64,000 bases of DNA. Origin: Verrucomicrobia bacterium Opi.OSU.00C. Lineage in GTDB: Bacteria; Verrucomicrobiota; Verrucomicrobiia; Opitutales; PNEW01. Positions within the stretch are counted from its first letter, which is position 1; each line of letters opens with the position of its first letter. The DNA lies in assembly GCA_002922725.1 (NCBI GenBank), contig PNEW01000001.1:10137-74136 (forward strand), read 5' to 3'. The position numbers and the translations under genes were made by a program. Positions 39,846 to 49,332 of this stretch are shown piece after piece. Below the pieces are notes generated by a model that had not been told where the DNA came from, did no database searches, and was given only the letters and a program-made list of their open reading frames with translations.

Positions 39846-40592
39846 TTAATTGGAATTGTAGGTTCCTTTATCTCGTCCGTTACCCGATAAAGGCATTGTG
39901 TCTAAGGTTGATTCTAGGCTAATCTTTGATTCTGCCTTAAGAGTAGTTTTCTGTTGAGTAAGGGCAAATTCTGTAAGACAAATGTAAAGCTCGCGACTGA
40001 CCCAGGCATCCGTTGCTGCATATTTGATTTGCATTTCGCTTAGTTGCTTACGGTTCCAATTAGTGGTTTGTGCACCTTTAGAGATTCGGTATTTGAGTAA
40101 GATCGCTGCTAAACTACGTAAACCGGTATTTATGATTCCTAATTTTTGCGTAATTTCACTTATCTCGACAATACCAGCAGGTTTAAAGGTGTCGAATTCT
40201 ATGAGTTTACGAATATCGTCATGGATAGCAACACCTGCCTTGATGATTTCAGGATCTGAAAGCAGTGGAGAAATTGACTTCAATCCATTCAGTCCACGCA
40301 ATTGAAAAAGGTAGACTATCTTTTTACCTGCAAGTTGTAAAAGTGATGGTGGAAAAGATTCTCCTTTACGAAAGGTCGGTTTTGTCTCTGTGTCTAAACC
40401 CAGAACCTGCTCTTTTTTTAATAAAGCAACTGCTTTTTTTGCTTCTTTAATATTACTTATAAAATGAATAGGTCCGTTATACCGTTGAAGCGGAAGGTTA
40501 TTAATTGCTTCTTTAGTTATGCTAGTTTGTAGAGATGTAAGCTTTGTTTTCATGTAATCATCAGTATGTTGTGTCTTTCGACAGATAAACAC
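39846..40592 (-). CDS. 3'-5' exonuclease domain protein (DEDDy, RNase D/WRN-exo-like)
   Basis: 248 aa. ExoI LGLDTET, and ExoIII YAATDAWVSRELY. The start may be the internal Met at 40553 (MKTKLTSL). Confidence 0.8.
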   Translation of the reverse strand: MFICRKTQHTDDYMKTKLTSLQTSITKEAINNLPLQRYNGPIHFISNIKEAKKAVALLKKEQVLGLDTETKPTFRKGESFPPSLLQLAGKKIVYLFQLRGLNGLKSISPLLSDPEIIKAGVAIHDDIRKLIEFDTFKPAGIVEISEITQKLGIINTGLRSLAAILLKYRISKGAQTTNWNRKQLSEMQIKYAATDAWVSRELYICLTEFALTQQKTTLKAESKISLESTLDTMPLSGNGRDKGTYNSN

Positions 40593-40720
40593 CCCACCTG
40601 TTCCTCGAATATATTATCATGTTATTAATAATTTCTTTTCGCTCATTAAAAACTTTAGCCAATCGAGAAAAACTTATGTGGCGAGAACAATTATATCACC
40701 CGCTTCATTTCATTATAGAA

Positions 40721-40742
40721 TTATGATAATAAATTATCATAA
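40721..40742. promoter_or_regulatory. AT-only 9-bp inverted repeat (TTATGATAA-N4-TTATCATAA) upstream of the exonuclease gene
   Basis: Perfect inverted repeat read directly from the sequence. It lies between the glpQ-like stop and the exonuclease start. It is AT-only, so it may be a chance occurrence, an operator or a weak terminator. Confidence 0.15.
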
Positions 40743-40778
40743 AGGATAAATAAAGTCCTTTAATACTTTTTTGTAACT

Positions 40779-41519
40779 TTAACTGGCGTGAAATTTTAAT
40801 GAATTGGCAATTTGTTCTGGGAAATCTGTTGTGATCATATCTGCACCAAGTGAAGCCCAGTTCTGGGCATCTACAATATCATTCACTGTCCAAGTGGATA
40901 AAAGAAACTGGGAATAATTTTGACGTGGGATTAATTGAAGCGTACCGAACCATGAATTGGCTAACCCAAGGCCATCAGCATGTACGTCTTGTGCATCAAC
41001 TATTTTACAGGAAACTTCTTTTAAAGGATCAGATTTTGGATTATCGACGAGGAGTAATGTTTGCCAGCTTGAGTGTCTCAATTTAATTTGCTCTAAAGTC
41101 GATAGGTCAAAGCTCATAAACCATAAGTTACTCATGTTTAATGACATAGATGAAATAGTTCGTTCAATTGAGGTTAATAAATCCAGCCCATCCTTTAGTT
41201 CAATTAGAATAATTCTATCATTTGGTGTTACAGATAATACAGTATCCAAAGTAGGGATTTTTTCACCTTCCCATTTTGGGCCCTTCCATTGCCCAACATC
41301 ATATTGGTTGAGTTCCTCCATGGTTTGTTGACAGATAGGTAATTTAACATCAGCGATACGTTGTAGATCAGTGTCGTGAAATAGGACAGGGTAATGGTCA
41401 GCGCTTAGCCGAAGATCGATCTCAACTCCATCAGCATTCAATTCCCACGCCAGATTAATAGAGGCTAGTGTATTTTCAGGGGCTTCTCCTGAAGCACCTC
41501 GATGAGCGATAATTTTCAA
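40779..41519 (-). CDS. Glycerophosphodiester phosphodiesterase
   Basis: 246 aa. IAHRGASGEAPENT and GVEIDLRLS motifs. Confidence 0.88.
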   Translation of the reverse strand: MKIIAHRGASGEAPENTLASINLAWELNADGVEIDLRLSADHYPVLFHDTDLQRIADVKLPICQQTMEELNQYDVGQWKGPKWEGEKIPTLDTVLSVTPNDRIILIELKDGLDLLTSIERTISSMSLNMSNLWFMSFDLSTLEQIKLRHSSWQTLLLVDNPKSDPLKEVSCKIVDAQDVHADGLGLANSWFGTLQLIPRQNYSQFLLSTWTVNDIVDAQNWASLGADMITTDFPEQIANSLKFHAS

Positions 41520-41590
41520 AATGAAGATGATTGTTACTTGTTATCAAAAGATAATGATATTACCCATTTATAGAGCTATTCTTTCAGTAA

Positions 41591-42574
41591 TTAATTCCTA
41601 TTTGTGATTGCTGTGCAGATTATTTCTAGACTTTTCATACCTTCATTAAGACTACAGGGCGGTTTTGTATTATTAGTAATTGCCTGAAGGAACTCCATGT
41701 CTTCATTACGGAACATATGGTTCCTTTCCGTAGTCATAACTTCTCTTTCCCATTTACCTGTTTTTGCCTCGTAGACTGAGACTGTGCACTGATCCCAACT
41801 ACTAAATTCTACTGTAATAGTTCCCTGAGTTCCAATAAGTTCGGTCATTCTCGTTCGTGGAGTGCCAAAAAAATTCAAGTAAACACTGGCGATACATTTT
41901 TTACCGAAACGCAAATTTAATTGAGCTAAATCTGGTGCGGTAAATCCAATTCTACCATAAACACCATCCATGGCTTGTATTTCGGTTACTGGTTCGTTTG
42001 CATACCAACAGGCCAGATCAATTTCATGGGATAAATCGTAAGCCCCTAGCTCCTTTAGGGTGAACAATGATTTATAATCTGGTCGTGCTTCTGGTAAGCT
42101 TTCACTCATACGACAGCAAATAGAAACCACTTCACCAATTCGTCCCATTCCAATATATTTTTTAGCTTTTGTTAGCCCTTCATGGTAACGAAAACACAAT
42201 GCAACCATATAGAATTTACCACTTTTTTGAATTGTATTCCTCAATTTATCAAGCCCCTTGAGAGAATCAGAAACAGGTTTTTCACTAAGAACATGGGAAC
42301 CAGCACTCAATGCCTGAATTGCCATTGGTACATGTAATTTAGGGGGGGTTGCTATTAAAACAGCATCGGGATTAGCTTTAAGGGCTTCTTCATAACAAGT
42401 GTAGGTTTTACTAACATGGTTTTGAGCAGTTAGGCTTCTAATTTGTTCTTTGGAGGGGTCACATACACGAATATCATCTAAGCCCAAAGAGTGCATTACA
42501 CCTGCATGACGTTTTCCAATGGAGCCACAACCGGCAATCAAAATACTTTTCTCTTTCCAGTTACTTTCGCTCAT
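41591..42574 (-). CDS. Gfo/Idh/MocA family oxidoreductase
   Basis: 327 aa. Rossmann N-terminus IAGCGSIGKRH, and an EKP motif (LSEKPV). Confidence 0.85.
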   Translation of the reverse strand: MSESNWKEKSILIAGCGSIGKRHAGVMHSLGLDDIRVCDPSKEQIRSLTAQNHVSKTYTCYEEALKANPDAVLIATPPKLHVPMAIQALSAGSHVLSEKPVSDSLKGLDKLRNTIQKSGKFYMVALCFRYHEGLTKAKKYIGMGRIGEVVSICCRMSESLPEARPDYKSLFTLKELGAYDLSHEIDLACWYANEPVTEIQAMDGVYGRIGFTAPDLAQLNLRFGKKCIASVYLNFFGTPRTRMTELIGTQGTITVEFSSWDQCTVSVYEAKTGKWEREVMTTERNHMFRNEDMEFLQAITNNTKPPCSLNEGMKSLEIICTAITNRN

Positions 42575-42586
42575 GCCAATTTTCGA

Positions 42587-43399
42587 TCATTTAAAGATGC
42601 TAAAACCACCATCAACTACCAGGTTGTGACCAGAAACGTAGTCAGATGCCGAAGAAGCTAAAAAAAGGGCTGCTCCTTTTAAATCTACTCCCATGCGCCC
42701 CATTCTTCCTTGCATTGTCATATTACCAAAATCATCCACAAATCCATCCGGTAAATCTCCTTTGTCAAAACCTCCTGGCGAAATGGCATTGACATGAACA
42801 CCCATTGGAGTAAGCAGGCCAGCGAGATCCTTGGTCATACCAATTACCCCAGCTTTGGCTGCGGCATAATCAATGGGTTGTTGTTCTTTATTATTGCGTT
42901 TATAAATGCGCCGATCCCGACCGACTAGTCCTCCTGCTGAAGCAATATTAATGATTTTTCCTTTCCCTTGTTCAATCATATGGCGACCCACTTCTTGACA
43001 GCAAAACAGAGAGCCTATGAGATTGGTGGTAATCATTTGAATAATATCATCGGGTGATCGCTTGAATAAGTAACCAGTACTGTTCCCACTACCACCTCCA
43101 GCATTATTTACCAGAATGTCGATATGCCCCTTCCACTTTTTGGCCTTTTCCACCATCGTTTGAACTTCATCATGATTGCATTGATCCATAGTCAATGCCA
43201 ATGTTTCTACACCATAATCTGCTTTTATTTTTCTTAATGCATTTTCTGCGCGATCGATCGTGCGCGATGTTATTATAATATTACTGCCATACTCTGCCAG
43301 AGAGCATGCAATATCATAGCCAAGCCATTCACTTCCACCCGTTACTATGGATACTTTATCTTTTAAATTGAACATTTCAATAACGCTGTTTTCACCCAT
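42587..43399 (-). CDS. SDR family oxidoreductase
   Basis: 270 aa. VTGGSEWLGYDIA, NNAG, and catalytic YAAAKAG. AGGAGGA Shine-Dalgarno sequence upstream. Confidence 0.88.
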   Translation of the reverse strand: MGENSVIEMFNLKDKVSIVTGGSEWLGYDIACSLAEYGSNIIITSRTIDRAENALRKIKADYGVETLALTMDQCNHDEVQTMVEKAKKWKGHIDILVNNAGGGSGNSTGYLFKRSPDDIIQMITTNLIGSLFCCQEVGRHMIEQGKGKIINIASAGGLVGRDRRIYKRNNKEQQPIDYAAAKAGVIGMTKDLAGLLTPMGVHVNAISPGGFDKGDLPDGFVDDFGNMTMQGRMGRMGVDLKGAALFLASSASDYVSGHNLVVDGGFSIFK

Positions 43400-43424
43400 T
43401 TTGTCCTCCTTTTATATAAGTGTA

Positions 43425-43444
43425 TGATCAGAAGTTTCTGATCA
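43425..43444. promoter_or_regulatory. Perfect 20-bp palindrome TGATCAGAAGTTTCTGATCA just upstream of the SDR gene. Candidate operator.
   Basis: Read directly from the sequence. 9-bp arms with a 2-nt centre. It lies 26 bp upstream of the SDR start codon, next to a TATATAA-like element and the Shine-Dalgarno sequence. No U-tract follows on either strand, so it is unlikely to be a terminator. Confidence 0.3.
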
Positions 43445-43607
43445 ATGGAAAATCACGCAGAGACTACCTCTTAAAGTATCGTTAAAAGGTGTTTCGTCAA
43501 GGGATTAGGTTCCCAAATTTACAGATAAAGTAATAGGTCGAATAGGGATCAGAAAAAGTAAGTTCAACTGCAAAAATCCATATTTTACATATTGCTGACA
43601 GAAAAGT

Positions 43608-45866
43608 TTATAGTGCAGCTTCAGCGGTAATATTTTCTTCTAATGTTACAGTTTCTTCCTCCTCAAGAACAACTATATCTGGTGGGATATTTGCAATCGC
43701 TTCCCTCATGGTCATCACACCATCTTGAACCTTGTACATGCTGTCCTGATGAAGTGTTCGCATACCGGTACGCATTGCAATACGTTTAATCGTAGCAGTC
43801 TCCACCCTTTCATTAATAGCCTTAATTAGCTCTTCATTATTTTGCATGAGTTCATGTATACCAATACGACCTTTATAACCAACCCCTCCACAAGTCGCAC
43901 ACCCATCCTCTGGAGATTTAAAAATTTGTCCACTCCATTGAATAGCTTTTTCTATGATCTCTTTCTCATTTCCTGCTGGCTCGTAGTTAATTCGACAATT
44001 TTTACAAACACGGCGACCTAACCTTTGTGCACAGATCACAAGAAGTGAAGCAGATATCATAAAAGGTTCAATACCCATGTCGGTGAAACGTGCAATTGTA
44101 CTTGGTGCATCATTAGTATGTAGTGTACTAAGAAGCAAGTGACCAGTAAGCGCAGCTTCAACCGCAATTTCAGCAGTTTCTTGATCACGGATTTCACCCA
44201 CTAGAATAACATCGGGATCCATTCTTAGATAACATCGTAATGCGGTTGCGAAGGTAAGACCAATCTGTTTGTGCATTTGCATCTGATTAACTCCTGAAAG
44301 TGTATACTCAATCGGGTCCTCAGCAGTCTGAATATTGATATCAGGAGAGGCAATTTCCTGCAAGGCAGAGAAGAGAGTCATTGATTTACCGGACCCCGTT
44401 GGGCCACAGTGTAAAAGCATTCCATAGGGTTGACGAATACATTCCCTATATCTTTCAAGATTATAATTTGAGAAACCGAGTGCCGTAATTGGAAGAGCAG
44501 CCTTTCGTTTGTCAAGAATACGCATAACCACTTTTTCTCCAAAATTCATCGGTCCAACGGCTACACGTAAGTCAACATCAATGTTTTTTCTCGTAAAATG
44601 TTTAAATACTATACGTCCATCCTGTGGGAGTCGTTTTTCAGCGATGTCTAAATCACTCATAACTTTGAGACGGGCTACGAGTGAACCAGCTACGGTGATC
44701 GGCAGGCGAAGTTTTTCCTGGCAAACACCGTCAATTCGATAACGAACAAGTAGCTCTTTTTCCAGTGGCTCAATATGGATATCACTCGCACCCGATATAT
44801 ATGCGTCTTCAATAACACGGTTAGCAAGAAGTATGACCGGAGCTGACTCCTCATCTCCTAAGTCATCATCAGAAATGCTCCTACCCCCACTACCATCAGT
44901 ATCGTACTCTGACCCTATAATATCAGCTAACTCGGACATTTCAGCGCCCATTTGATTGGGGTCAATTTGGCTCATTCCATCATCCTTAAAAAACCTTTTA
45001 AGGAGAGCATCAAAGAATGATGCAGGGATAACTTGTACCTCCTCGACAACAAGTTCAGTGGCATTGGCAAAGCTTTCACGTCTGGGATAATCAAGTGGGT
45101 TGGTCATGAGTGCAGCCACGCTGGTAGTATTAAGACGCTTATAAGGAAAAATTCCTTCACGTTTGATTACCGCATCACCGATAACTTTGAGAAGTTTAAA
45201 ATCAATTTGAATATCTTCTAAGTCAGTAATTATAGCACAGTTAGTGAACTTGGCAATAAACTGTGCAGTTTCAATGTCACTTATCTCAAATTTAGGATCT
45301 AGCATGCGCTGTATAAGTGGAGCTGAATACTCTGCCACCTCAAGCACAACTTGAAGATCAGAATCCCCAAATTCTCTTGTCGGGGCATCTGGTTCTTTAT
45401 TGAGTATCTGAATAGCGCCGATAACTTTCTTCGTTTTTAAAGGAACTGTAAGCATCGAAGTAACTTCGAACCCAGTTTCTTTTGCCATAGAGTACATGGC
45501 TTCACTGTTTTCAGAACTGGAGAAAAAGACGGGTTTACCTGATTTAATAACTTGGCCGACTATACCTGTCCCTAAAGGTATTTTTAACTGGAGAAGTTTT
45601 TCTCTTTTTTCCGAAAACTCTTTTTCTTTATCAGGATTATTATTCCATAGGGTGGGAGAGTAATAAACATAATTGAATGAAATACCATTACCATCAACAA
45701 GATAAAGGGTCATAGATTGAGCTTGTAGCCCTTCCATCACTTTACTCGAAGTCAGCTCTATAACGGAACTGACATCTTCTTTGCTCGGTTGAGGTTTTGA
45801 AATGACTTTGAGAAGGAGAGTTCTTCTCAGTGTTCCTGATAAACCTGGCTGGGAGATGGTAGCCAT
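43608..45866 (-). CDS. GspE/PilB family secretion/pilus-assembly ATPase with an N-terminal GAF domain
   Basis: 752 aa. GAF-like residues about 40-190 ([14 protein letters not shown]...[21 protein letters not shown]), then a T2SSE_N-like segment. Walker [11 protein letters not shown], Walker B ILVGEIRD, His box LSTLHTNDA, and tetracysteine CKNC...CATCGG. Confidence 0.9.
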   Translation of the reverse strand: MATISQPGLSGTLRRTLLLKVISKPQPSKEDVSSVIELTSSKVMEGLQAQSMTLYLVDGNGISFNYVYYSPTLWNNNPDKEKEFSEKREKLLQLKIPLGTGIVGQVIKSGKPVFFSSSENSEAMYSMAKETGFEVTSMLTVPLKTKKVIGAIQILNKEPDAPTREFGDSDLQVVLEVAEYSAPLIQRMLDPKFEISDIETAQFIAKFTNCAIITDLEDIQIDFKLLKVIGDAVIKREGIFPYKRLNTTSVAALMTNPLDYPRRESFANATELVVEEVQVIPASFFDALLKRFFKDDGMSQIDPNQMGAEMSELADIIGSEYDTDGSGGRSISDDDLGDEESAPVILLANRVIEDAYISGASDIHIEPLEKELLVRYRIDGVCQEKLRLPITVAGSLVARLKVMSDLDIAEKRLPQDGRIVFKHFTRKNIDVDLRVAVGPMNFGEKVVMRILDKRKAALPITALGFSNYNLERYRECIRQPYGMLLHCGPTGSGKSMTLFSALQEIASPDINIQTAEDPIEYTLSGVNQMQMHKQIGLTFATALRCYLRMDPDVILVGEIRDQETAEIAVEAALTGHLLLSTLHTNDAPSTIARFTDMGIEPFMISASLLVICAQRLGRRVCKNCRINYEPAGNEKEIIEKAIQWSGQIFKSPEDGCATCGGVGYKGRIGIHELMQNNEELIKAINERVETATIKRIAMRTGMRTLHQDSMYKVQDGVMTMREAIANIPPDIVVLEEEETVTLEENITAEAAL

Positions 45867-46376
45867 ATATCAAATATATAAAATAAGGAAGAGTGAGCTA
45901 ACACTGTTATTAATTTAATAATTTAATAATAGTGCATTAAGGGTTTGGCAATCAAGTAATTAAGGCTTTGATAAAGGAAACTTGTGATTTGAGAGGATGT
46001 TTTGTCAACGCTGGAATTAACCGACTTAACTTATATGATCATATTTTACAAAAGTAATATTTCTAGTTGATTAGATCGATGATCTTAGGTCAAGTTAGTG
46101 ATGGATTAAGCTCTAAAGACATTAAATAGCGGCCACAGTCTTCTCGCGAGATATTATGCGAGTCTGATTGATTGAATGTGAAATATATGACTAATATTTT
46201 CCTTTTCCTATAGAATTGCTTGAATTAGAGACAGCCCTGGATAAGGCAATATTTTTTAAACTTAGTTTTTCTTTTATATGGGTGATCATCAAATTTATCT
46301 CGACGCTAACGATAAGGACCATCAGTTTACCTCACTGTCTTATTAACTTATTAACAAAAAGATAGAATATGCACCT

Positions 46377-47165
46377 ATGCATTCACTTGTAAATTATAAT
46401 GTTCCTGCAGATAAACTTGCCGTTCATTGGTTTGGTCAGAGTTCATTTGCTATTAAAACACCAGCAGATACAATTATTCTCGTTGATCCTTATTTTCCAC
46501 ATGATCGACCAGCAAATGTATTCATTCATGCTGAACCTCCTTTGGACGAGTCTACCTTACCTGTACATGGGGTACTTCTAACTCATGATCATGGAGATCA
46601 TACACATCCGGAGACTTTAAAACGTGTTTTTAAAAATTCCCCAGAAGCAATTTTCTTGGGACCCATTGAAAGTAAATTACGGGTTGTTGAGTTATGTATT
46701 GATAACGATAAATTCATCACGGCGAAGTCAGGTAATTCCTATTCGATACGTGACTTAAGTATACATGTCGTCTACGCTAAACCTCCTGAAGGTGATCCAG
46801 CTAATAATATAGATCCTCCAGATGTAACCCATATTGGTTTCGTTATTGAATGTGATGATGTTCGCCTTTATATTACGGGTGATCCTATTAATACATTTGC
46901 AGATATAGAAGCCTTAGTAGAACCTGTTAAGGCGCTTGCCCCTCAAATTGGTTGGATTACTTGTCACCCGACAGAAGGAGAATTTCCGTTTTTTGAGGGA
47001 TGTGTGAATATGGCCCAACGTGTTGGATTAGAGCAAGTTTTCCCTGCACATTATCAGTGCTTCATTGAACGTAATTATGATCCTAACGAATGGGCTTCAA
47101 GATTTCCGGGTGAAGGGCCAAAATCACGAGTGCTGAAATATAATGATAAGGTTGTTGTCCCCTAG
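46377..47165 (+). CDS. MBL-fold metallo-hydrolase
   Basis: 262 aa. HxHxDH motif LLTHDHGDH. Confidence 0.8.
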   Translation: MHSLVNYNVPADKLAVHWFGQSSFAIKTPADTIILVDPYFPHDRPANVFIHAEPPLDESTLPVHGVLLTHDHGDHTHPETLKRVFKNSPEAIFLGPIESKLRVVELCIDNDKFITAKSGNSYSIRDLSIHVVYAKPPEGDPANNIDPPDVTHIGFVIECDDVRLYITGDPINTFADIEALVEPVKALAPQIGWITCHPTEGEFPFFEGCVNMAQRVGLEQVFPAHYQCFIERNYDPNEWASRFPGEGPKSRVLKYNDKVVVP

Positions 47166-47181
47166 TACCTAAGAAATAGAC

Positions 47182-48204
47182 ATGAGTGATAGGAATTTAT
47201 TGAAACTTGCCTTCGTCGGTTGTGGAGCTATAGCCCATTATCATCTAAATGGAATAAAAGAGCACGTTCCAGAGATTAAGGTTACTGCCGCGATTGACAC
47301 TGCGAAGGAAAACGCTGAATTAATTGCGGCAGAAACAGGAGCCAAAGTATATTCTTCTTTAGAAGAAGGACTTGTGGATGGTGATTTTGATGCAGTTGAT
47401 TTGATGTTGCCGCATGACCTCCACGAGAGCGCTGCAGTTCAATCATTTGAAGCGGGAAAACACCTATTGTTAGAGAAACCTATTGCGCACACCTTAGAAG
47501 CGTGTGACCGCATTTTTGCAGCAGCCCAAAAAACAGACACTGTCTTTATGGTAGCTGAAAATTCGCAGTACTGGCCAGAGATTGTAAAAGCTCAAGAAAT
47601 GATAAAAATGGGAATGATAGGAGAGGTTATTACCGCTCGAGCTACTTATAAAATGGAATTTAATGATTATTGGTTTAAAGGTAAGAAACCATGGCGTTAT
47701 GATAAATCACGTACGGGTGGTGGTATAGTTGTCGATGGTGGCGCTCACTGGATACGGCCTTTGCGTATGTGGATGGGAGAAATTGATGAAGTTATTGGCA
47801 TCCTGGGTCACCCCCTTGTAGGGATGGAAGGGGAATCAATGGCTAAAGCTATCTTTCGTTTCGAGTCGGGTAAAACTGCAAGTTTTGAAGCGATGTTGGC
47901 GAAAACAGTTATAGGACCGAGTATCTGGTTCTGTATAACGGGAACACTGGGTGAAATTCATATAGAAGGGGGGTTGGAAGGTAGTATAATTCTTTATAAT
48001 ACTAATAATCGTCAAGGAAGGAAAATAATGGAAGCGCAAGGTTATCCCCAGTCGTTTGGGCCCGAATTAAAGGATTTTGCTCAAGCTGTTTTAGAAGATA
48101 AACCTTTGGATGCCGGTCCGGAAAAGGCTTATGGTGAATTGCGTACTGCTCTAGCCCTTTACAGATCAGCTGAGACAGGTCATTGGGAAAAAGTTTGGGA
48201 TTGA
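47182..48204 (+). CDS. Gfo/Idh/MocA family oxidoreductase
   Basis: 340 aa. FVGCGAIAHYH Rossmann start, and LLEKPIA. Confidence 0.85.
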   Translation: MSDRNLLKLAFVGCGAIAHYHLNGIKEHVPEIKVTAAIDTAKENAELIAAETGAKVYSSLEEGLVDGDFDAVDLMLPHDLHESAAVQSFEAGKHLLLEKPIAHTLEACDRIFAAAQKTDTVFMVAENSQYWPEIVKAQEMIKMGMIGEVITARATYKMEFNDYWFKGKKPWRYDKSRTGGGIVVDGGAHWIRPLRMWMGEIDEVIGILGHPLVGMEGESMAKAIFRFESGKTASFEAMLAKTVIGPSIWFCITGTLGEIHIEGGLEGSIILYNTNNRQGRKIMEAQGYPQSFGPELKDFAQAVLEDKPLDAGPEKAYGELRTALALYRSAETGHWEKVWD

Positions 48205-48282
48205 AGCATTTAATTTATCTATATTATCATATGTCTTACTGATCTATAATTAGAGTTAACTATATTAAAATTATCTAAAAAA

Positions 48283-49089
48283 ATGGATGCGATACCTGCG
48301 ATAACTTATCACCAGGTCCTTTCAGAGGGTATGCCCGTTCGAGAGCGTAAACCTGGTGAAGGAGTCCTGTCTGGGCAAATATATCTTAAAGATTTTATCC
48401 AACATATGGATTACCTAGCGGAGGAGGGGTTCACAACCATTACACATGATCAATTATATAAATGGCAGACAGGTGATAAGGAGTTAGGTCCTAAACCAAT
48501 TGTTATCGATTTTGACGATCATTCAATGATCTCTTATATTAACGCATTGCCTGTGATGCGTGAGCGCGGCCAAGTGGCAACAATGTATACAATTAGTGGG
48601 ATTGCTGATGGTGATCCTACTTTACCTGTAGATATGTGGGGTATATCACGTATGCGCTGGTCAGAGTTGGAGTTGCTGATCGAAGCTGGTTGGGAAATCG
48701 GTGCGCATACACGAACTCATCTTTATCTTACAACTGTCCCTCAAGGAGTTCAGGGTGATGCGCAAATAATGCGTGAACTTGTCCAAGGGTTGGTTGACAT
48801 AGAAATAAACTTAGGGGTGACTCCACATCATTTTGCTTACCCCAATGGTCTTTGGGATGAACGTGTTGAAATATTGGTAAAGCAGGTTTATAAATCAGCG
48901 CGACATTTTAAATGTTATGGTTCTGCGGAATATGTTTTCAAGGAGACCGATCATTTCCGGCTCCCTACAATGAATATAAATTATCTATTGCCATTCACGG
49001 ATTTTCAACGGTTAGTCAATTGTAACAACCCCGAGTTTTGCTATTATAAAGAGAGCCAGATAATCGGGCACGCTGGTTCCTCTAATTAA
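48283..49089 (+). CDS. Polysaccharide deacetylase (NodB homology, CE4-like)
   Basis: 268 aa. IDFDDHS (DD motif) and GAHTRTH (His pair). Confidence 0.75.
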   Translation: MDAIPAITYHQVLSEGMPVRERKPGEGVLSGQIYLKDFIQHMDYLAEEGFTTITHDQLYKWQTGDKELGPKPIVIDFDDHSMISYINALPVMRERGQVATMYTISGIADGDPTLPVDMWGISRMRWSELELLIEAGWEIGAHTRTHLYLTTVPQGVQGDAQIMRELVQGLVDIEINLGVTPHHFAYPNGLWDERVEILVKQVYKSARHFKCYGSAEYVFKETDHFRLPTMNINYLLPFTDFQRLVNCNNPEFCYYKESQIIGHAGSSN

Positions 49090-49113
49090 GTCTGAAAATT
49101 GATTAGTTGTGAA

Positions 49114-49299
49114 CTAACAACGCTTGCATCGGATTTTTTTAAAAATCTCATCCCAGTCTCCATCATCAGCTACATAGTCTAAAAGGCACCTAACAGTTTT
49201 TGAAATGTCGGGTAACTGATATTTGTCTTTGATCATGTTTAACATCTCCTGGGCATCGGGTTGTATTTCAATGGTAATTTCAACTTTTTGGCCTGCCAT
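49114..49299 (-). CDS. Small hypothetical protein with a possible ribbon-helix-helix-like topology and a C-terminal CxxC
   Basis: 61 aa. The KVEITIEIQPD strand-like segment is followed by two amphipathic helices (AQEMLNMIKDKY, ISKTVRCLLDYV). The tail is RCKRC. It lies 33 bp downstream of tyrS on the same strand, with a GGAG-like Shine-Dalgarno sequence upstream. Confidence 0.45.
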   Translation of the reverse strand: MAGQKVEITIEIQPDAQEMLNMIKDKYQLPDISKTVRCLLDYVADDGDWDEIFKKIRCKRC

Positions 49300-49332
49300 A
49301 TTTCTCCTTATTTTTTATTTTTTACTTTTAGG

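Noticed and set aside
40850-41331. 78-aa and 124-aa plus-strand ORFs
   Set aside because: They are antisense shadows of the glycerophosphodiester phosphodiesterase gene.
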